Made by a program: the position numbers and the translations under genes. A DNA stretch of 64,000 nucleotides from Octopus sinensis (Eukaryota). The notes below the pieces were generated by a model. That model worked only from the letters and a program-made list of their open reading frames with translations, ran no database searches and was not told the origin of the DNA. Numbering within the stretch: the stretch's first letter is position 1; the number at the start of each line of letters is the position of its first letter. This document shows positions 23,609 to 38,720 of the stretch, piece after piece. The stretch is taken from positions 35,154,001 to 35,218,000 of the forward strand of contig NC_043000.1 in the NCBI RefSeq assembly GCF_006345805.1, in the 5' to 3' direction.

Positions 23609-26600
23609 TTTATATTGGCCCACCCTGAATCTTATACAGAATGTATAAACATCACATCACTTGGATTCATTGTCATCCATTATGTTTGGCTTTGGGAGCA
23701 GGTCATTTGAGGTTATTGCCTCTTAAACCCATATTTATTCCTTTGTGACTTGAGACTGGACAGACTTAAAACATTGGGGCTTCACTCAGTGCTGCCTAGT
23801 TTGGGAATTTACTCAACTTTATCCTCATAATTAGGCTACAAGTCCTTTTGAAGGTTTTCTGAATATAAATTAGATTCCTTTCTTCAGGAGGTAGAATCTT
23901 AACATTTGCAGCATCTCTGTGTTGCACATGGACAATCCTCTTACTGGAGGGCCAATGAATTGCTTTTAGTTCAGGGGTGAGGGTCCCATAACTGGAGGCG
24001 ATAATTCAGTTGATTGAGAATAAGTACCTGAGGCAGGCAGGCATACACACGTACACATACACACACACATGCACGCACACGTATATATGTGTATGGATAT
24101 ATATATATGTATATGTGTGTGTGTGTATATACATATATATATGTGTGTGTGTGTGTGTATGTATGTATATATATATGTGTGTGTGTGTGTATGTATGTAT
24201 ATATATATGTGTGTGTATGTGTATATATATGTATGTATGTGTCTGCCTGCATTTCTATCTTTCTAAATGCACACGTGCTTGTATGTATGTAAGTACTTAT
24301 TTCTGCATACTTTTGTTTTGGCAATGAAAATTTTTTTTTCTTTTCATCTTTTGAAGATGTTGTTTGTCATTTCAAAGGTTATTAACATTCATTGTCCCAG
24401 TTAAAATATTTTGTAGTTTCTCCAAAATACCGTTTCCTTATTTTCTGTTTGGATGTCTGTAAATATTCAGAGTGATTTAGATTAGTTCACAAATTTTGTC
24501 TTGATTTAACGGATGATAATTAAAAATAAAAGAAATCTATAGAAATTGCTGAGAATTCTGTGTCAATGTTGACCAGGGAAACCTGGCAAAGAATGTTTGC
24601 AAGTAGAGACAAAAATGATTATTGACGCCAATAATAAGAAATATGGAGAGCCAAAGGCAACTAGAATTTGCTGATGAAATATTGCTGGTTCAATACAACA
24701 TTTGACCCTTTTATATTTCTGACTGATTTACTTGTGCTGTTTATTATTTCTCCTCGTTTGTAAATAATGGGCTTTGTTTTGTTTTTTTTTTATATTTCTT
24801 TTCTAACTTTTTTGTTTCTTTCCACAAAGAAGAAACTAACACAGTGTCACAATCCTCCATATGTGTGCAATATTAATAGAATATTGTAATATTGGTTTTG
24901 TAAATCAATGTTTAACAAACCTGCTATTGTCACTACCACTACCATTAACAACAACAACAGCAAGGACAGCTCTACTATTTGTTTCTTTTTCTTGTATTTC
25001 TTTACCTAATTACTGTGATGAACTTTTTGACTGGGTGTCAAAAAGCCACAAGGTTTTGATGCTTTATTTCTATGAATATAATATGTATAAAAGAAAAATT
25101 GAAACGTATATGATATTGTAATAAACCATTCATTTGTAGATTTTGGAATCTTTAGAATCAGTAGTCATTTGTCGGAGTTATTAACTGAAAGTATAAGCTG
25201 ATAATTTGAAGGAATAATCTGTTATCTAGAGGATTAAAGATTAATTAACTGAATTTTAAAGATTCAATTAACAGTGTCTGTATTAATGAATTAAGTAATA
25301 TATGGTTTAATTGCTTTAATACAAATTAATTAATAGGCTGTGTGCATTAAGGGAGTGATTTACTTTGCAGATTGAATATATTAAAGCATTTCATTGAACA
25401 ACTATTTTATGGTATAATATAGAATTTGACCTCTAAATTTGACTATGTGGAAGCTGTTTATTAAATTGGTTGACCATTCTATTGGTTAGATAATTAGATT
25501 AATCATTTAAGGATTAACTGGAACGACTCTCAAAAGGCTTTGTTGCTAGCCTATAATTAAAGTATTGATAAAAAGGTCAACTGGTAATGTACCAACCTGT
25601 TTCTATGTCAGTTGTTGCATTTGACTGTGCTTTGTGTTCCTGTCAGCTTGTTGTATAAAACATCCATCAAGGAAGCACCTGTACATGGTTTCTTTTAATG
25701 TTTCCAGACAACTGTCCAGCCATAGAGCATAACATTCACGATGTAAAACAGACACAGCATCTAATGTTGCTTTTGAATTCACTATTGTAGTAGATGCTAC
25801 ATACAGGACAAACAATCTGCTAACAAGTCACATGTCAAAATGTTAATTAAACACTGCAATTAAGTGTTAATCTAAAAGAATCAACCCAAGAGACAGGACA
25901 ACATTAAGTGTTGCTCTCATGTGAATGCTGATTAAACATCAGGAAAATAAAAATCATATTAATTCAGGAAAGGAACAAAGAAAAACTAAAAAATTAAAAT
26001 GTTATAGAAACTGAAAATGGAACCTTTTTCTGAATTGTCTTAAAACATTGAAAGCCATTGGGAGACCATTGATGTGGTGGGTGTCAGACACAAGAACACA
26101 GATAAATAAAACCACCAATTGTTGTATTTCATTTGTGAATATAATAAGGATTGGTTGAGTTCTGTTTGGAGATGAGTCATTTTAGTTTCAATGTCAAGAA
26201 TTTTTAATATTGACTTGCCTTACGCTGATATTTCATCTATTCTTTCATTGAATTCATATTTTGCTTTGTGTTTTATCTCTGGAAACATGTAATTTTCATT
26301 GGCATTTTATGAATTGTGACTTTATCATTTGTTCAGCCAAAGAGTTTGGCCAATTTTTCTGGTCATACAATGGGGACTTTTATTTACTGCCATCAGTTGT
26401 TGTGACTCAAATCCCACTTGTTTAGGGTCAAGACTGGGAAGAATTTAGTGTGTCACTGAGAGCCTGAGACACTTTCATCCATGAAGTCCCAAATTATTGG
26501 TTGAAATGTCAGAAGGAAACAGAAGAGATATTTCCAATGAAGTATTAAAGGATTAATTAATAAGATGATGACTATGGAGAAATGAAGATGCCTGTTAATA

Positions 26601-26957
26601 TATTGTAAGGAAGAAGTTTTCAAATGTTCGGCTAAATAGATGATCTCATTGCTGAGTGGTCATATCAAAACACAACTCAGTCTCACAAGTGACACCAGGC
26701 TAATTATCATCCAAGTCTTCTAATCTATAAACACTGTGCACTGTTCAAATATTACTTCTGGTTGACTGCCAAAATAGTTTGGAAGTGTCCAGCTTAACTG
26801 GTCATAGCATGACATGGGATGAAGGGGATTCTCTTCTGATTAAATAACTGATTAACTGGAAATGGGAAATAAGTGAAGAGTTGGAAATATTTGCAGTAAA
26901 ACATGATGACGACTTAGTGTCAAGTGGAGGTATGAAATTCCGATCTTTGTATTAACA

Positions 26958-27001
<44 letters not shown>

Positions 27002-27854
27002 GCACGCACACACACATACGCACACGCACGCATCTATTTCATAACTCATTCATTTATTCTTTCTTTTGATGTTAATATATTTGTAGTTTCTACTCTTAGA
27101 ATGTAAATTTTGTCCATTTATTAAATATTTACACCCACCGGCTTACAGATGAGCAATGATAATTTTACACTGTTACCAGTTGAACATCTTATTGCTGATG
27201 ATGAGGCAGATGTGGTGGTTGTTGCTGATTCCGGCTTCCTTTGTCTGGCAATATATGTTTCCTCTCAGATGATTATTGTTTGGTTTCAGGAATCCATAGG
27301 TGGATGTATTATAGATATTTTGTCAGCTGTAGGTCACTATACGATGTGTTGTTAAGCTGCGGATCAGCCTTTATTGAGCAGAACAATGATCAATGACATT
27401 CCAGCTATGACCATCCTGCCTCTTTCATATCTGCTTCTGAATTGTCCTATATGTGTTTCCTTTCTAATGACAGTGTGGTGTGAGTTCAGGGAGATTTGGT
27501 TGTTATTTTTATCAGGTTGAGCAACAGTACAAAAGCTCCCTTCTTGGTGGCAGCAGTTATTGTTTACAGATCTGAAAAAAAAATAAGTATTCATTTTTGG
27601 TTTATTTTCTGTAAATTGGAGCAATTTTTCATTCTAACCTCCTATCTGAGGAAAATATATTTAGAAATGTTACAAACAACATCATACCAGTGTGTGTGTG
27701 TTGTGTGTGTGTGTGTGTGCATGTGCGTATGTTCATGTGTGCACATGTATTCCTATATCCATGTGCTTGTATGTATCTCTGTATTTAGATGTTTGTGCGT
27801 ATATATGTATGTGTATGAATGCATCAAACACACATATCTATTCATGTGTGTGTG

Positions 27855-27908
<54 letters not shown>

Positions 27909-29099
27909 TGTTTGTGTGTGTGAATGCATCAAACTCGTGATGGTCTTTCCAAACAGCATTTGCTGCCTGGTATATCGTTGAATCGTAACTTAGATGTTTC
28001 AATATATTCACCTTGCCAATACATACAGTCTACTGTCTCCGAATACTATCAACATTTGCCAGTAAACATTATTGGCAAGCTATAGGAAATGTTTCTTCAC
28101 TACATCTGTATTTAGAAATAAATCAATTATTGACAATAACACCGCTTCTACACTATTTTCTTGACTTCTTCCTTATTGCATAACTTCTCTGAGTTTTCAT
28201 TTTGAAAAGAGTGTTTAAATATAAAATATTCATGTTGATTTATGTGGATTCAACACATAATGGAACATTTTATACTCATGTTGTATACATGTAAATTTAG
28301 TCATGTAACTTGAATATATATGTGTGTATGTACGTGTGTGTATGTGTGTGTTATATGCTTGCATATGTTCATGTCTATATGTATGTAAATGTACAATGTA
28401 TATAAATGTGCATATAAATATGTGTGGGTGTATAGGTACAGATGAGACTGTGTTTGAGAAGTTTGCTCCATAACCACATATTTTCATGTTCAATCTCACA
28501 GCATAACACACCAGACAAGTGTTTTCTGAGTCAACCAAAGCCGTGTGTGTCCTTGGTTCGATATTGGGTTCATGCACATTATCTGTTAGAAGTATAAGGT
28601 CGGTTTTCCAGTTTCTCTGATGTACATATATATTTCTTCCTGGATGAGACACCAGTCCCTTGCAGGATTGCTCATGTTTACCAGCTGAGTGGAGTGGAGC
28701 AACATGAAATGAAGTGTTTTGTTTAAAGAACACAATGCATGGCTCGGTCCAGGAATTGAACCTACAACCTTACGATGAAGTGTCTAACACTCTAACCACT
28801 GGGACATGTACTTCCAATTTGGTATTAGAGGGTAGATGGTTTGATATCACAGGATGAGCGTCACTGCCCTACAAGCAGAGATCCTTGTTTCCAGTCTTCC
28901 CTGAAAATATGTCCGATGAAGGGGAAATATTATATTGCCTGGAAACAGGTGAGGGTTTGGCGATCCCCAGCCATAGAAAATCTATTTCAGTGAATTCTGT
29001 CTGCTCCATGCAAGCATGGACAAGTGTGTGTTAAATCAATGATGATGATGATACATACACATGCATGTGTATGTGTGTTTATATATATATATATATAAT

Positions 29100-29830
29100 A
29101 AATATTAGGGAATAAATCCAAATTTACAGGGAAAAAAATCAGATTTAGGATTAAATCGATTTTATAGTAAAATATTATAAAATATTATTCGAGACAAAAC
29201 CACTATTTTGCAAAACAAACAAGGAAAGACTTAATCAATACATAAATTTTAATAAATAGTCAAAAAAACCGCCACTACAATCGTTTCTTGTCTTGATCGA
29301 CAATCTTCAGGTGGACTTCCAATAATTCAGTATCAAATTATGAAATTACCAATTATCCTGTGTCAAATAGTGGTTTTGTCTCGAATAATATTTTATATAT
29401 ATATATATAATATATATATATATAAACACACACATATATATACACATATGTATATATATATATACACACATACACACACACACCTGTATGTACATATTCA
29501 TGATAATGCAAACTATGAATTATGGGTAATTTAAAGTTTCATGTCTTGAGTAGAAGTCACCAGACCTTTTGTTTATTCAGCAAAATTTTAGAAATTGTTG
29601 ACGGGGTGGGAGTAGGGGTCCTACTTTCCATTTCTATTTTGGATCAGGGCTCTTTGATCCTAGAAATGAGTTATGTTCCCTAAACAGTCAATTGCAGTCA
29701 CAGAAATAATTGTAAATAAATTTGAAATAATCAGAAATTATTTTAAAAATCTATATGGAAGGAAGAAGGGAAAAAGGAAGCGAAAATATTATGTAAAAAA
29801 AATAGGTAAAAAGTCAATAAGATTAAACTC
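29100..29830 (-). mobile_element. Penelope-like element 3' remnant
   Basis: Decayed GIY-YIG C-tail (KILLNK.../RS..RH across a frameshift, about 29530-29590), then a downstream HHR, a 33-bp inverted repeat and (AT)n flanks. Confidence 0.65.
29272..29314 (-). ncRNA. Minimal type I hammerhead ribozyme
   Basis: Minus strand reads CCAC CUGAAGA UUGUC-gaucaa-GACAA GAA AC-gauu-GU A GUGG. The core CUGANGA/GAAA is complete, all three stems pair, and the cleavage triplet is GUA. Confidence 0.85.
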
Positions 29831-30777
29831 ATTGTTTATTTTGGGTGAGTGTATATATGTCTTTGCTGAAGTAAATTTCCTCCTGTAGACTTGTATTGAG
29901 ATGTTAAGTTAGCTATAGCCAAACAATACTCATTAGGCTTTCTGACTGTATGGTAAGTAGCTTGCTTACCAACCACTTGGTTTCAGGTTCAGTCCTACTG
30001 CATGGCACCTTGCGAATGGATTTGGTAGACGGAAACTGAAAGAACCCCATCATATATGTGTGTTTGTGTGTCTGTGTTTGTGCTCCTAAAATCACTTGAA
30101 AAGTGATGCTGGTGCGTTTACATCACCATAACTTAGCAGTTCAGCAAAAAGAGACCAATAGAATAAGCACTAGGCTTACAAAGAATAAGTCCTGGGGCCG
30201 ATTTGCATGGCTGCAGTCAAATGACTGAAACAAATAAAGGAATAAAAGAATATATATATATATATATATATATAAAGGGCATCCAACCATGCCAAAGCAG
30301 GCAGTGAAGCTTGGTATAACGATGTGACTTGCCAGTTTCTGTCAAACTATTTGACCCATGCCAGCATGGAAGGAAGATGTTCCCGACTTATGACCAATTA
30401 CTTTTTCATCTTAAGTGCATAAGCATTCACATGCACACACAAAAAATTATGTATATATAAATAGGCATATCCCAACTTATATCAGTATTTAGTTCCAATA
30501 CATGAGAGCTAACTTGAAAAATACAATGTAACACACAAAAAGAAAAGTTTTGTTTTAATTTATTAGCTTATATCTGTTTTAAGAAATACTTTTTGCATAT
30601 TTTCATCTGTTTTATAATTTGATTCTTTCACTTCAGTATTGGTTTTTTGGTGTGTTTTTTTAAAATTATGTTTTTATATATATTCATTGATATTAACATG
30701 AAATCAGATAAAATAACTAAGTTGAAGTTTAGTTTTTTCTAGTATTTTCTTTAAAAATTTGCTGCTATATATAAATG

Positions 30778-30835
<58 letters not shown>

Positions 30836-30923
30836 GAGAGAGAGAGGGAGAGATGTCATATTTCATAATTAATAATTTTATTAAGTACTTCTCCATTTCC
30901 TCCTTATTCTTTAAATGTACATA

Positions 30924-30996
<73 letters not shown>

Positions 30997-31029
30997 GTAT
31001 GTGAGGGCACATGGCCTAGCGGTTGGGGT

Positions 31030-31260
31030 GTTGCACATGTCCTCAGCTGTCACAGCCCATGTTTCACTGCCATGCAGCATACCTGTTCGCACACAGGCAT
31101 CAAACAATCTGCCTTTCACTCTGAGAGAGAGGCCCTTTGTTGCCAGCTGGGGTAGGAGCTCTCTGAACTTTGCCCAACCTAATTTCATTCTCACAAGTAC
31201 ACTGATGGAGCATCCACCTCCACTAATAACTTGGTCACCTAGATAACGGAAGCTATCTAC
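31030..31260 (-). mobile_element. RTE LINE fragment
   Basis: YLGDQVISGGGC...LGWAKFRELLPQLATKGLSLRVKGRLFDACVRTGMLHGSETWAVTAED. Confidence 0.9.
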
Positions 31261-31924
31261 TACTTCAAGCTTGCACCCCCACCCCCGGGGAGTTGGTGGA
31301 GTCTATTTTCTGCACATTTTCAGCATTTAATGTACCTGCGCATCTTCCATATACAAAAGCTAGTTTTCCTGTTATCTTTCCTCTGATGTTGCTGCTCCTT
31401 TTATGTGTCCAAAGCTCACACTAAGTGCATCTTATGGTGTTTCTACCTACACCTATTCTACAGATACAGCAGGGCCGTCTATCTCAAGAGATTTGTGATT
31501 TGTCTGCCTTCCTACTTAGTAAGACTTTGTTTTTTGCTAGGTTAACTCAAAGGTCCTTTGATTATATGTGTGTGTGTCTGTTCTGTCCTCACCTTCGAAA
31601 CACGCTGGAGTTGAACTAGGGACAGCTGATGAAGGGGATTTTTCCTTGTGTAGTTGTCTTGTACTCTGTTTTTTTGTTGTTTAAAAAATGGTCCGTTCCA
31701 TGCTGTTTTTACCTTTTCGTTTCTCATTGAGTTCTACATCTATTTGTGGTGTCCTGTACACACGTATATATATTTATATATGCATGTATATATACATGTA
31801 GATGTAGGTACGTACATATATGTTTGTATGTATGCATATATTTTATTTATTACACTGTTGTATGACTGAGTGCCCTCGCATCGATTCGATTCATTTCGTT
31901 TTGTTTCTTCCTCTTCTCTAAGCT

Positions 31925-31971
<47 letters not shown>

Positions 31972-32214
31972 GTATGTGTATTTTTTCAATGTGTACAAAT
32001 AACACAGAAAAGGAAATAAATAGTTACCAGGGTAGCCAAACTGTTTGGTTGATAATTCCATATGGTAAGCAGATCAAATCCAACCTCCCTTACCAGTTTC
32101 ATGAAGCTATAGATATGAATTTCCCCCAAAATTCAAGATAGTATTCCACTATCAATTCACACTGAATCACAATAGGCTTTTCAAACACCAAAAACCCTGT
32201 CACAAATCATCTCT

Positions 32215-32740
32215 TTGCATAACAATAAGTTGTTAAATACAAACCCACTTAATGAAAATAAAAACATTGATATTATTAACACTAACCATTCTTTAAATAA
32301 TAATAGCAACAATATTAGTATTTCTGATATAAATTCCAATTGCATACATTTCCTTAGCAGTAATTCTAAGACAAGAAACTCTATTCATCAATGTAAAATT
32401 ACTTCCAGTTCTGATGTCTTTTTTTATGTAGGTAGTTCTTCTTTCTCAGTTGTTCAAAAAAATATCTAAACATTACTCTACATTTAGACATATCAATAAA
32501 TGTAACAATACTGAGCTTAGTATATTGATTTGGTCTCTAAAAGAACATAGACAATTTAATTTAAAATGGAATATTCTATCTAGGTCCTTTCCCTATGATA
32601 AAGGTAAATCTTTTTGTATGCTCTGTAACAATGAACTGTATTTCATCCTTTTCTCAGAGAATCCTCTTGTAAACATGTTTAAAGAACGCGTTTAGTGTTG
32701 CAAACATTGGAAAAAACATATCTTTAGTTCCTTTAAGTAA
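32215..32740 (+). pseudogene. Penelope-like element GIY-YIG endonuclease fragment (frameshifted near 32455)
   Basis: SIHQCKI...FYVGSS, then HYSTFRH..NNTELSILIWSLK...KWNILSRSFPYDKGKSFCMLCNNE..ILFSENPLVN..ERV*CCKH: the PLE GIY-YIG C-terminal signature TELS.YIW.LK / W.I / C.LC..E / CRH. Confidence 0.85.
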
Positions 32741-33310
32741 TTTCTACTAGTCTATAAAATTCGACCTTTAACTGTCTTCTTACATTTCATTTCCACTAAA
32801 TATATCTATTTCCATGCCTTTAATCTTTATTCCTATTCACCTATCGCACTATATTTCCCCACTTTTAATTTTCTCCTAATTTCTTTCTTCCTCCTTCATT
32901 TCTTTTTATAAATTGCTTTTGACGTTATATCTATTAATGGTTTTTTTAAAAAATAACTTACCAACATTCCCTTCATCATATATACAGTAATCACATTCAG
33001 TTAAAATGTCTTATTGATGCATTTTGTTTCTCTTCCCACCACCCCCTGATGAGAAGATTGCCTTGTTTTACATTATATTATTATTATTATTATTTCTTTC
33101 TACTAAAGGCATATGGCCTACCTGAAATTTTGGGTGCATTGAACCCAGTGAATGAATGGTACTTATTTTATCAACCCTGAAAGGATGAAAGGCAAAGTCA
33201 ATGATGGTAGAATTTGAAATAAATTCCAGTTGGGCACTGGGGTCAATTATATCAACTAATCCTTTCCCCCAAAACTTCAGGACCTGAGTCTGTAGCAGAA
33301 AGGATTATTA

Positions 33311-33348
<38 letters not shown>

Positions 33349-35758
33349 TAGTCATAGTAGTAATAGTAGATTTTTTTCTTAATTTCTTTTGTTCACTCAT
33401 CATCTTGTTAGTCTGTTGGTATTAGATTGTTAGATATTAAGATACATCCTGCAACCATTAGTATTTGACTCTTTTCTTGTATTCCTTCCTGTTCCAAGTA
33501 AACATGCCTTCTGTCGTGTCAGGAAATTCTCATCTCAGTATTATTTAATCAATTCAAACTTCTTGCAACTTTTCCTATTGTCGTTATTGTTACAATTAGT
33601 TAATGACAACTTCATGGCCATTCTAAATTCTCTGGAGTTTGTCCTGGTTTTTGTCTCTTGTTCTTGTATCAAGCATAGAAGCAATCATTAAACAAAACTG
33701 TTTAGGTACAAATGTTTTGTTTGTCTATTGGTTCTCAAGGACATCTTTGCTTTTATGATCATACTATTTTTAGAACTCTGGAAAAAACCCCAAAAAACCA
33801 TACCCTCTGTTGAACATTAGGGTCAATAGGATTGACTGCTCCACCACTCCCTAAAGTTTCTGGACCTTGTGTCAAAATGTGAGACTATTCTTGTTATTAT
33901 TATTGGGGCTGTGAGCTGATGGAATTGTTGGCACATTGGACAAAATGCTTAGTGACATTTCCCCTGGCTTTATGTTCTGAGTTCAAACACTGCTGAGGTC
34001 AACTTCGCATTTCATCCTTTTGGGATCAATAAAATAAGTACTAGGCAATTACTGGCATCAACAAAATCAACTAAGCCCTCCCCACAAATACCAGGTCCTT
34101 GTGTCAATAGTAGAAAGGACCACAACTACTACTATGACTGCTGCTGCTGCCTGTCTAGCCTTGTGCATTTTTAATTCCTTTTCATTATTAATTCAATATT
34201 ATTTTATTTAGATATTTCCTCTTTTCATTTTGTCTGCTCATGTATTTCTCTGTTATTCATTTACCAACTTCCACTTGAAGAATTGATCTATCCAACAAGC
34301 TAGTTCTCTATATTGACCATTCCTTGTTCTACACTTAAATTCCGTTCTCTTATTTGCCATTTTTCTCAACCTGAAACCAAAACTATTGTCACTCACCTAT
34401 CCTGGATTCTGTTTAACAACAAAACTTTGATTAATGAACAAATAAATACAAAGACCACCTCACCCAAATCGCATAATTTGGGATCCCTAAGCTTCTTGGT
34501 ATACCCAACCATTTATTTATAGTCCTACTCGCTTGGATCTCTCACCAAACAGTTTTTTTTTATATATATACTTGTTATTCCTCAAGATACTTTTCATTTG
34601 TACTTGTTTTCATTCTCTCATTTATTTATCTGCCTAATATATTTTATCTTATTATTTATCTCATTATCTCATTATCTATTCATTTTTTTGTTTATTTACT
34701 TGTTATTTATCTACATATTTTAAATTTCCCTTAACATTTTATCTCTCTCTTTTTATTAATTATTTAGTTTTTCACTTACAGTTTTACTTAGCTATTTATC
34801 AATTACTAATTCACTTTAAAGATTCCTTCAAATTATTTTCATTCTGCTTACACTCACTTCTTATTGAACTCATTTAGCACTAAACCCTTCACCTCCCTTT
34901 CCAATCCCACAATTATTTAATAACTACCTGCCATCAAAGTATTTTTCTAGACAAATTGACCACACCCACAATTGATCTCCTTCAAAACCTCCTTTATGCA
35001 AGCATATTTTAAAGAACAACCACCATAAATATTTTACTCTCTGATGAAAAATTCCTCACAATGTAACAGTACTGGTCTTGTTAGAGTTAACTACCATTAA
35101 ATGGACAAATATGTAAATAACCTTCTACACAATATATTGTCTACCTTACTGTTACTGTGGTCCTGCTTGTTTCTTATGGAATGAAATCTCTACAATTATG
35201 AGTGTATGTATATATGTATGAGTATGCATATTTACATGTGTGTGTATGTATATATATATATATGATACAAATAGGAAAACTAGGACTCAGGACATGAATG
35301 CGTGTGTGTGTAAGCCTGACCTTTCTTTCTTGGTTTGACTACCATCCATGCAACATCTATATTCCTTCCCATGCCTGTCATCCCAGGTGTCCCTACCATA
35401 AAGCATCCCTTCCACACACACCAGCTTAATTTAATTCGTCCGTAGTCAAAAGACACCTTTTGTTAATGTCCTGTTGTCTACATTTGTATTTGTGTACCAT
35501 TTCTCCATCTTTGTTTTCATATACATTCGCTGCTTTCATCCAAGGAATCTAATGCTCTTAGCTTAGTTTTTCCTTGGGGCTGGCCAGATTGGAGCAATCT
35601 TGAGTATAACCTACTGAAATTGCAAAGATAATCGGGAACTCAACCGAAGAAAGAAAATTCCAAATGACCCATCCTTGTTTTTTTTTTTGTATCGTCTGAC
35701 TGGATGTTTTGTGTTCTTGTCCCATTTTTGGTATTCCTTTTTACATATATATTGATAT

Positions 35759-35836
<78 letters not shown>

Positions 35837-36360
35837 TAGCAGAAGCAGCTGTGTAACTGAGAGTTTCATGTATCAGCTAATTATATATATATATATATAA
35901 TCATTTTATGTTTGCTTTCCATACAGATGTATATAAATATAAGGGAAAAGTATCAGTGATCAGTTCATCATCATCATTGTTCAAAGTCTGTTTTCCATGC
36001 TGGCATGGGTTGGATGGTTTGACTGGGGACTGGCAAGCCAGGAGGCCTCACCAGGTTCCAATCTGACCTGGCAACGTTTCTACAGCAGGATGCCTTTTCC
36101 TAACGCCAACCACTCCAAGAGTGTAGTGGGTGATTTTATGTGCCACTGCCACGGAGCCAGTGAGTTGTGCAAAGAAAGAGTTCAATACAATTTATTTTAT
36201 AGAATAAAAGAAAATATTTTCTGTGGTATTTCTGTGTGAATTTGATATGGCAGCAGTGCATGTGTTGTTGCATTTATGTGTGTGGGTGTAGTGATTTAAG
36301 TTACAGTCTTTTCTCTGAAGTGTCCTTGAAACCCCTTCTGTTTCTTGTGCAAAATTGTAA

Positions 36361-36539
36361 GGTGCAGAAGTGGTTGTGTGGTAAGTAGCTTGCTTCCCAA
36401 CCACATGGTTCCCGGTTCAGTCCCACTGTGTGTCACCCTGGGCAAGTGTCTTCTAGTATAGCTTTGGGCCAACCAAAACCTTGCGAATGGATTGGTAGAT
36501 GGAAACTGAAAGAAGCCCGTCGTGTATATATATATATAT

Positions 36540-36578
<39 letters not shown>

Positions 36579-36808
36579 TAGAGAGAGAGAGAGAGAGATG
36601 TGTGTGTCTGTGTTTGTTCCCCCAACATCGCTTGACAACCGGTGCTGGTGTGTTTATGTTCTCGTAACTTAGTGGTTTGGTAAAAGAGACCAATAGAATA
36701 ACTACTAGGCTTACAAAGAATAAGTCCTGGGGGTCGATTTGCTTGACTAAAGGAGGTGCTCCAGCATGGCTACAGTCAAATGACTGTAACAAGTAAAAGA
36801 ATAAAAAA
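36361..36808 (+). mobile_element. SINE family A full-length copy
   Basis: Same head, internal microsatellite and tail as 16051-16470. Confidence 0.85.
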
Positions 36809-37994
36809 TAAGGTCTACATTGTATTACTAATCATTTTATTCTTTTTTCTCTTTGCATAAAGTGGAAATATTTTTCCTACTATTTTGAAATATATTTACA
36901 TGAATATCTTGGAATGCCAAATAGTCTTTGTGTTGTTTGTGCCGAGCTTAGGTAACTTTGCGATCTGTTATTTAAATTTCATTGACTGATTGAAGGTTGT
37001 TAAATTTGGTTTTAATTCTCAACTGAACACATAAAAGTTCCTTGTACTTCCATGGTTTCTATTTCTGAAATAATTTATTGAAACGGCATAGAGGAGACTA
37101 TGAAACTTGTGTCTTTTGTGTAAGGAAAACCACCCAATGATATTGAATTATGCTCCAACAAACCCTCCCAGTTACATGCATTTGGATAAATACAGTTGCT
37201 TGATCTTTGAAGCTTCTATTTAGTTGTGGAACCTTTGATAGAAGCTTATTGTCAAAGATGAAACCTACATTGGTAAGGTGAATGCTGATAAGGTTTAACT
37301 TGACCTTCTGAGGTCAATATCTGGGTGGAAAGGGGTTGGACATGTGGAGAAGAAACGTTGTTAGAAGTATTCTAACAATTTTGAACTTATAAACTCATGG
37401 GTTGTTAGTACCTTGTCACTATATCCATATGACATGGCAGTGGTTGTGGTGTCTAATCTCTGAGGAGATGGTGCTATTCCATTAGATAGTATGCTGAGGT
37501 TTCCAAACAGCAACAGAAATTCAACCCTTGTTTTTTAAGTAAGGATGGCACCTAAAACAAACAACCACTGCCTTGTGAACCCCAAGTTAAGAGAACAGAT
37601 TTCAGTTTCAGTAAACCATATGCTCTATAGCGTGCGTTGAGTACTCTCATTATTAACAAACTAACATCTGATCCCCTCTCTCGCTCACTCTGATACACAC
37701 ACATCACAACACCCAGATAACATGTTGTTTATATGCTGCTATTCTGAAAGTATCTCACAACACTATAATGATGGGTGTATGTGTATGTTTTGTGTTTAAG
37801 TGTGTGTGTGTGATTAAGTATGTGTTTCATTGTGTGTGTGTGTGTGTGTATATGTAAGATTATGTATGTATGTGTGCGTGTGCATAAACTGCTGTATAAA
37901 TATATCACACAAGGACAAAGAATGTTTACTGGAACAATATCATCTTCTGATCTAAAATCATTCAATGCCTCTCTCTCTCCCCCACCTCTCCCTT

Positions 37995-38027
<33 letters not shown>

Positions 38028-38129
38028 ATTCATGTTGTCTTTCTCACTTGCTTCCCCCTCCATCATGTATTTTGTTTATGTTAGGAATTAAACCACTTCT
38101 TCACAGTTGGTTTCTATGTATGTTTATGT

Positions 38130-38720
<591 letters not shown>

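Noticed and set aside
31625-31660. CTGATGAAGGGGATTTTTCCTT hairpin
   Set aside because: No GAAA after the hairpin, so not a hammerhead as it stands.
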